This document shows, piece after piece, positions 61,901 through 64,000 of a stretch of 64,000 nt of DNA (positions within the stretch are counted from its first letter, which is position 1; every line of letters begins with the position of its first letter). The DNA is from Heterodontus francisci (Eukaryota). The translations under genes and the position numbers were made by a program. Under the pieces are notes generated by a model, which saw only the letters and a list, made by a program, of their open reading frames with translations, did not search any database and was not told the origin of the DNA. The stretch is from NCBI RefSeq assembly GCF_036365525.1, contig NC_090399.1, forward strand, positions 52,298,430 to 52,362,429, read 5' to 3'.

Positions 61901-62068
61901 CAAAATTCTGTAACTACCTTCCCAAAAGCACTGTGGGTGTGCCTACCTCACATGGACTGCAGCAGTTCAAGAAGGCAGCTCACCACCTCCTTCACAAGGG
62001 CAATTAGGGATGGGCAATAAATGCTGGCCTCGCCTGTGATGCCCACATCCCATGAATGAATAAAAAAA
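58941..62068 (+). mobile_element. Essentially full-length tRNA-headed single-ORF LINE (CR1/L2-group-like EN+RT), inactivated
   Basis: A box TGGCATAGTGG 58951-58961, B box GGTTCGAATCC 59015-59025, ~300-nt spacer, EN, RT (60736..61278: ALDIKAAFD, GVPQGSVLGP, FADD), short 3' UTR and A tail. Small internal deletion near 60660. Confidence 0.93.
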
Positions 62069-63669
62069 GAGCTTTTATAAGTACATAAAAAGGAAGAGAG
62101 TAGGTAAATTAGATGTTGATCCCTCAGAGACAGAGACAGGAGAAATCATTATGGGAAATGAGGAAATGGCAGAAGCATTGAGCAAACATTTTGTGTCTGT
62201 CTTCATAGTAGAAGACACAAGTTCCATACCAGAAATAGGCAGTAACTTAGGGACTAAAAAGAGTGAGGAAATTAAGGATATTGATATCAGCCGAAAAAGA
62301 ATATTGGAGAAACTTGAGGGACTAAAATCTGACAAGTCCCTGGGACCAGATTGCCTACATTCTCGGGTTCTACTCGAGGTAGCTGCAGAGATAGTGACTG
62401 CGCTGGCTATGATTTTCCAGAATTCTTTAGATTCAGGAATGGTCCCGTCAGATTGGAAGTTCACAAATGTTACGTCGCTTGTCAAGAAAGGAGGTAAAGA
62501 GAAAACAGGGAACTACAGGCCAGTTACCCTACCATCAGTTTTTGGGAAGTTGCTCAAAACTATTAGTAAAGAATTCTTAACATTGCAGTTGGAAAAGCAT
62601 AGTATGATAGATGTAACTAGTGGGGTGCCACAAGTTCTGTCCTCAGGCCCCAACTATTTACAATCTACACAAATGACTTGGATGCAGGGATAGAAGGTAC
62701 TGTAGCCAAATTTGCAGATGACACTAAAATAGGTGGGATAGTAAGTTGCAATAAAGAAATAAGAAATCGACAAATGGATATGGATAGATTAGATAAATGG
62801 GACAAAATTTGGCAGATGGATTTTAATGTGGATAAGTGTGAGGTTATCCATTTTGGTCGGAAGAACAGAAAGGCAAATTGTTATCTAAATGGAGAGAAAC
62901 GTCCGAGTGCTTTGGTGCAGAGGGATCTGGGTGTCCTCGTGCATGAATCACAGAAAACTAGTTTGCAGGTACAGCAGGTGATAAGGAAGGCAAATGGAAT
63001 TTTGGCATTTATTGCGAAAGGAATAGAGTATAAAAGTAGGGAAGTATTGCTGCAACTGTACAAGGCATTGGTGAGACCACACCTGAAGTATTGCGTACAG
63101 TTTTTACCCCTTTACTTGAGGAGGGATGTAGTTGCATTGGAGGTAGTTCGGAGGAGCTTCATGAGATTGATTCCAAAGATGGGGGGCTTGTCTTATGAAG
63201 AGAGATTGAGCAGTTTAGGCCTTTACTCTCTGAAGTTTAGAAGAATGAGAGGAGATCTAATTGAGGTATATAAGATGATTAAGGGGATTGACAAAGTAGC
63301 CATAGAGAGGATGTTTCCTCTTTTGGGAAATCTAGAACGAGAGGTCATAGTTTTAGGATAAGGGGTATCAGATTTAAAACAGAGATGAGGAGAAATTACT
63401 TCTCTCAAAGGGTCGTGAATCTGTGGAATTCACTACCCCAGAGTGTGGTGGATGCCAGGACATTGGGCAAGTTGAAGGAGATAGATAGACAGGTTTTTAA
63501 TTTGAAATGTGTTAAAGGGTTATGGAGAATGGGTAGGAAAGTGGAGTTGAAGCCAAGATGAGATCAGCCATGATCATATTAAATGGCAAAGCAGGCTCAA
63601 TGGGCCTTATGGTCTACTTTTGCTCATATTTCTCGTGTTCCTGTGTTCTCTCCAAGTGCCTGTTGATTT

Positions 63670-64000
63670 ATTTTCCCTGATTATGGTTTCTGAACCTTAT
63701 AACCTTATGCACCATGGATGATAAACTAACGAGCCTGTATTGCTCGGACTGTCCGTACACACTTTCTTGAGTAAAGGTGTCACATTTTCCACTCTCCAAT
63801 CCACTGGCATCTCCCCCGTATTCAGGGAAGATTGGAAGATTATGGCAAAACATTCCACTATCGCCACCCCCACTTCCTTTAGCAACCTGAGATGTAAACC
63901 ATCTGGACCAGGTGACTTATCCACTCTGACCATAGCCAGCCTTTCCAGCACAGCTTACCTCTCAATTTTCACCTCAACCATGACCTGTACCATCCCTATT
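63670..64000 (-). mobile_element. CR1 RT N-terminal fragment
   Basis: KSPGPDGLHLRLLKE...DWRVENVTPL (63697..63951). Confidence 0.85.

Larger units (their letters stand above)
57520..63645 (+). mobile_element. CR1 ORF2 interrupted by a Penelope fragment (58639-58824) and the tRNA-headed LINE (58941-62068)
   Basis: EN ORFs 57871..58062 and 58031..58594; RT ORFs 62151..62693 and 62678..63361 (KFADDTK). The host reads ...ACAGATTAT|AAGAGCTTTTAT across the insertion. Confidence 0.92.

Overview
Eukaryotic, repeat-dense vertebrate DNA, most likely from a shark or other chondrichthyan (HE1/V-type SINEs, Deu-domain SINEs, abundant CR1 LINEs and Penelope-type repeats). There is one 325-N assembly gap at 28194-28518. 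Most of the window is decayed, often nested transposable elements: CR1, RTE, Tx1, Penelope, Gypsy-type LTRs, PIF/Harbinger, SINEs and several minisatellites. The only host-gene signal is the 3' end of a + strand type I membrane protein gene. It has a 120-bp phase 1-1 transmembrane exon (2179-2298), a ~3.2-kb intronic VNTR, and an in-frame terminal exon (7472-7803) encoding a long acidic cytoplasmic tail. MHC class I/IgSF-like architecture is plausible but unproven. The most unusual signal is a ~3.1-kb single-ORF (EN+RT, no ORF1) LINE family present in three large copies. It carries a tRNA-like Pol III head (A and B boxes) and is almost devoid of sense-strand TTTT terminators, making it a candidate Pol III-transcribed autonomous retrotransposon. 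Other notable items are minimal hammerhead ribozyme motifs in Penelope repeats, a twin-priming-like 5'-inverted CR1, and an unclassified NRF1/CTCF-motif insertion with a 10-bp TSD. All calls are by eye; no database searches were run.
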